A stretch of 8,680 nt of DNA. It comes from Allobaculum fili (lineage in GTDB: Bacteria; Bacillota_I; Bacilli_A; Erysipelotrichales; Erysipelotrichaceae). This document shows positions 6,479 to 8,680 of the stretch, in pieces (positions within the stretch are counted from its first letter, which is position 1; the number at the start of each line of letters is the position of its first letter). The stretch is taken from positions 1-8,680 of the forward strand of contig NZ_JAHDSX010000064.1 of NCBI RefSeq assembly GCF_020969955.1, given 5' to 3'. The notes under the pieces are model-generated. The model was given only the letters and a program-made list of their open reading frames with translations, had not been told where the DNA came from and ran no database searches. Made by a program: the position numbers and the translations under genes.

Positions 6479-7016
6479 TTTTGTACACATACTTCAAAAG
6501 CGAAAAACGTTTTCTTCCATACAGACGTTTCAAAAGGATTTCAGGCGACCGGACTTCCTCCACATCCGCGTGCTTTTCCACGCGTCTTGCGCAAAGAAAA
6601 GCCAGTATGCCATCCAGAAGCAGAAAGGCCAGCGCCATCTTGTAAATGATTCGAACCAGATCCGCGCCTTGAATTGTCGGACTGTCCAGAAGTGAAATGA
6701 AACCGGGTTCGAACACAAACAGCAGGCCCGCCGCAGTCAGCTGTACGATCAGCGCACACGCAATGCCGGTCGCGATGAAAATCAGCCACTCCGAGCGGCC
6801 GTTTCTGTGGCCATAGGCTATGCCGAAGGCGCCGGAAAGCATATAGGCGATCCACTGGACAATCACCTCAATGACAAACGCCAGGACCATCTGGCGTGCA
6901 TCGACATCCAGAATGCCCCCAGTCTGAATTTCCGCGAAATCGTGCAGAACAAACGGCAGGGCCACCATAGCCGTAAAAAGCGCGATCAGAAGCAGAAGCG
7001 TAAGCAGACTCGTCAC
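6456..7016 (-). CDS. C-terminal fragment (186 aa, ~4 TM) of the operon's permease, as an observed ORF.
   Basis: GTG 7016 is the only possible start, because no ATG/GTG/TTG occurs in the 36 upstream in-frame codons. It has no SD. The fragment contains several hydrophobic spans and a basic C-terminus. Independent translation is doubtful. Confidence 0.5.
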   Translation of the reverse strand: MTSLLTLLLLIALFTAMVALPFVLHDFAEIQTGGILDVDARQMVLAFVIEVIVQWIAYMLSGAFGIAYGHRNGRSEWLIFIATGIACALIVQLTAAGLLFVFEPGFISLLDSPTIQGADLVRIIYKMALAFLLLDGILAFLCARRVEKHADVEEVRSPEILLKRLYGRKRFSLLKYVYKTAPVSLE

Positions 7017-7124
7017 AAACCAGGACCAGTAAATGGTTTTCCGGTTGTAAGGCAGCGTACGAATGAGATACGCTCTGGCGCTGTAAAAGCAGTCCGCAAA
7101 CAGCTTCCAGATTTGAAAAAACGC

Positions 7125-7316
7125 TTAGAAGACCAGCGCCGCGCTCATCACAAATACCGCAATCAAAAGCAGATGACAGAGCAGCGAATAAAAGCGGCCG
7201 CTCCAGTCCAGACTGACCAGAATAAGCCATACGCTATAAACGATCAGCTGAATCAGCCAGACCGGAAGCAGACGCTTTCCGATCTGGGCAGTAAAGGTTT
7301 CGGTCAGTTTTTTCAT
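7125..7316 (-). CDS. N-terminal fragment (63 aa, 2 TM) of the operon's permease, as an observed ORF.
   Basis: ATG 7316 overlaps the ATPase stop (ATGA, 7316->7313). GGAG (7328->7325) lies 8 nt upstream. The product MKKLTETFTAQIGKRLLPVWLIQLIVYSVWLILVSL..YSLLCHLLLIAVFVMSAALVF ends at TAA. Confidence 0.6.
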   Translation of the reverse strand: MKKLTETFTAQIGKRLLPVWLIQLIVYSVWLILVSLDWSGRFYSLLCHLLLIAVFVMSAALVF

Positions 7317-8005
7317 AGCAGTGTCTCCACGAAAATCTGTTCCAGCGATTTTCCCTGTTTCTGACGAAGCGTATCCGCGTCTTCGTCCAGAACGATTTTT
7401 CCGTGCCGCAAAATGAGCGCCCGATCGAGGATGCGTTCAATTTCGCCGATCATATGCGTGCTGATCAGAATGGATGCTTCCGGACTGGAATGTTCCAGAA
7501 TCAGATCGAGAATTTTCTGTCTCGCGACCGGATCGACACCGCCGATCGGCTCATCGAGAATATACAGTTCGGCCTTGCGGCTTAGTACCAGAATCAGCTG
7601 CTGCTTTTCCTGCATGCCCTTGGACATCGATTTAATCGGCTGATTCAGATCCAGATCCATCGCTTCCATGAGCCGGCAGGCTTTTTTGCGATCAAAATCC
7701 GGATAGAACTTTTCAAAAAAGCGAAGAGTTTCCTTTCCGTTGGCGTTCAAATCCAGATACGTTTTTTCCGGCAAATAGGAAATGCGCAGATGATCCGAGG
7801 GATCCAGCTTCTTTCCATCGGCGGAAATCTCTCCCTGCTCATAGACGAGCAGATCGTTGATGCACTTGATCAGCGTACTTTTTCCAGCGCCGTTCGGGCC
7901 AAGCAGACCGGTAATCTGTCCGGGTTCGAGCGTAAACGACACATTCTGAAGCACCGGGCGGTTTCCATACGATTTACTGAGATGACGAACGTTCAGTTCC
8001 ATCAT
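7313..8005 (-). CDS. ABC transporter ATP-binding protein.
   Basis: The motifs are Walker A GPNGAGKST, signature-like MSKGMQEKQ, Walker B LYILDEP, D-loop GGVD and H-loop STHMI. The SD is GAAGGAAGGAG (core GGAG 8012->8009). Tandem ATGs lie at 8005 and 8002, and 8002 has the better spacing (6 nt). The 5' end overlaps the GntR gene by ~30 nt. Confidence 0.95.
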   Translation of the reverse strand: MMELNVRHLSKSYGNRPVLQNVSFTLEPGQITGLLGPNGAGKSTLIKCINDLLVYEQGEISADGKKLDPSDHLRISYLPEKTYLDLNANGKETLRFFEKFYPDFDRKKACRLMEAMDLDLNQPIKSMSKGMQEKQQLILVLSRKAELYILDEPIGGVDPVARQKILDLILEHSSPEASILISTHMIGEIERILDRALILRHGKIVLDEDADTLRQKQGKSLEQIFVETLL

Positions 8006-8360
8006 TTACTCCTTCCTTCAGAAGGCGGATGCTTTCTGACGCGGAAAATCCAAGAGCCTGCATTCCACGCAAAAACGTTTCGCAGAGCGTTTTTGCGGCT
8101 TCTCTTTTTTGTCCTGCCAGGGTTTCCGGATTGTCGCAGACGTACTTTCCGCTGGTACGCCGTGTTTCAATCAGGCCCTGACTCTCCAGCCTGGCCAGCG
8201 CTTTCTGAACAGTATTGATATTTGTCCGGCTTTCGAGTGCAATTTCCCGAACGGACGGCAGCTTATCGCCAGGGGCGAATTCTCCCCGAACGATGGCGCC
8301 TTCGAGAATAGAAGCCAGCTGCAGATATACAGGCGAGTCGTTTCGAAATGAATAGTCCAT
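7974..8360 (-). CDS. GntR-family transcriptional regulator, short YtrA-like subtype (128 aa).
   Basis: The start is taken at ATG 8360, with GAGGG (8373->8369) 8 nt upstream. The GTG 8465 extension in the track is not credited. The winged-HTH signature is GDKLPSVREIALESRTNINTVQKALARLESQGLIETRRTSGKYV. A short helical C-terminal region and the genetic linkage to an ABC ATPase are typical of YtrA-type regulators. Confidence 0.9.
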   Translation of the reverse strand: MDYSFRNDSPVYLQLASILEGAIVRGEFAPGDKLPSVREIALESRTNINTVQKALARLESQGLIETRRTSGKYVCDNPETLAGQKREAAKTLCETFLRGMQALGFSASESIRLLKEGVNDGTERSSSQ

Positions 8361-8381
8361 AATCTCTTCCCTCTGTCTTAT

Positions 8382-8431
8382 CTGTATCACTTGGGTAATA
8401 CAAAGATACAGCTTGGCATTTCCGATGTCAA
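8382..8431 (-). promoter_or_regulatory. Candidate sigma-A promoter of the GntR/ABC operon, overlapped by a GntR-type palindromic operator.
   Basis: On the minus strand, TTGACA (8431->8426), a 17-nt spacer and TATCTT (8408->8403) form the candidate promoter. The inverted repeat CTGTATC (8382-8388) / GATACAG (8405-8411) has a 16-nt spacer and contains nested TGTAT (8383-87) / ATACA (8398-8402). These are GT..AC-type half-sites as known for GntR operators. One arm overlaps the -10. Confidence 0.45.
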
Positions 8432-8591
8432 TGCCTTTGTCGGGCCGTATTTCCCGTTTCGCCACGGAATCAAAAACTGTATACCCGACGCAGTATGCGT
8501 CTATTTTAGGCCGAATCCATGACCGCCTGCGGATTCTGATTCGTGCAGTTCCGTCGTAAGCGTCAAATAAAAGACGGGTATTTTCTCGACC

Positions 8592-8630
8592 GCCTCCTTG
8601 GGATAATTCCTTTATTCAAGGAGGCTTTTT
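8592..8630 (+). promoter_or_regulatory. SD-sequestering, terminator-like hairpin immediately before the right-edge gene.
   Basis: GCCTCCTTG (8592-8600) pairs perfectly over 9 bp with CAAGGAGGC (8617-8625). The loop is 16 nt, followed by TTTTT (8626-8630) and then cATG (8632). The 3' arm is the AAGGAGG ribosome-binding site itself. Confidence 0.5.
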
Positions 8631-8631
8631 C

Positions 8632-8680
8632 ATGGAATCAATCATCCCTGCAATCGATCTCGGTATCGATTTCTCCAAAG
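8632..8680 (+). CDS. Hypothetical protein, 5' partial (runs off the right edge).
   Basis: AAGGAGG lies 7 nt upstream of ATG 8632. The ORF is open to the window end and reads MESIIPAIDLGIDFSK. Sixteen codons are too few to assign a family; any resemblance of AIDLG to ASKHA-type phosphate-1 motifs is speculative. Confidence 0.55.
   Translation, partial: MESIIPAIDLGIDFSK

Larger units (their letters stand above)
6456..7316 (-). pseudogene. ABC-2-type (ABC2_membrane_5-like) permease, 286 codons, interrupted by one in-frame TAA at 7125-7127.
   Basis: The ORFs 7316->7125 and 7016->6456 share a frame. The 36 codons between them translate without a stop (AFFQIWKLFADCFYSARAYLIRTLPYNRKTIYWSWF) and carry the TLPxxRK motif I associate with this permease family. 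See the finding for details. Confidence 0.55.

Noticed and set aside
4661-6649. Very long antisense ORFs opposite gpmI: 179 aa at 4661-5200 and 466 aa at 5249-6649, in the same + frame.
   Set aside because: The frame is codon-aligned with gpmI, so its stops correspond to sense TTA/CTA/TCA codons, which gpmI almost never uses. The only stop is TAG 5198-5200, which is a CTA Leu codon on the sense strand. The ORF runs straight through the gpmI promoter region and terminator into the next gene, starts on GTG without an SD, and has an F/V/N-rich nonsense-like composition. It is a codon-bias artefact.
6807-8218. Antisense + strand ORFs within the ABC operon (6807-7364, 7403-7643, 7790-8218, 8109-8351).
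   Set aside because: Each lies opposite a gene with clear motifs or TM structure. They have no SDs, and their products are basic or low-complexity. They are typical shadow ORFs.
8361-8465. 35-codon GTG-initiated extension of the GntR ORF.
   Set aside because: GntR/YtrA proteins begin just before the wHTH. ATG 8360 has a GAGGG SD at 8 nt. The extension would overlap the predicted promoter and operator.
1-8680. A search by eye for CRISPR repeats, tRNA/rRNA, IS terminal inverted repeats, integrase/transposase/recombinase motifs, toxin-antitoxin pairs and known defence-system ATPase/nuclease motifs.
   Set aside because: None were found. The only repeats are the 18-bp tandem pair (2238-2273), the 13-mer pair inside the linker and the hairpins listed. 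The only P-loop protein is a standard ABC ATPase with its own regulator and permease. I therefore do not claim a mobile or defence element in this window.

Overview
This looks like ordinary chromosomal DNA from a bacterium with Gram-positive-type signals: GGAGG-type Shine-Dalgarno (SD) sites and hairpin plus T-run terminators. The taxon cannot be determined from the sequence; Clostridia-like is only a guess. Left to right, the window holds eight genes. (1) A membrane-anchored SH3b + DUF4015-like putative glycoside hydrolase (+). (2) A small hotdog-fold thioesterase (-). (3) An orphan 8-TM membrane protein built as 4 TM, a ~150-aa basic low-complexity linker, 4 TM and an acidic tail (+). (4) Cofactor-independent phosphoglycerate mutase gpmI (-). 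(5-7) A YtrA-type GntR repressor / ABC ATPase / ABC-2-type permease operon (-), whose permease frame is broken by a single in-frame TAA. (8) The first 16 codons of a + strand gene, preceded by a structured leader whose last hairpin buries the SD. I found no tRNA/rRNA, CRISPR array, transposase, integrase, or recognisable toxin or defence module, and I cannot honestly name a new system here. The items most worth a second look are the orphan 4+4 TM protein with its GC-rich linker, the interrupted permease, the SD-sequestering leader at the right edge, and an 18-bp tandem repeat in a convergent intergenic region. All family assignments rest on motif recall, not on searches.
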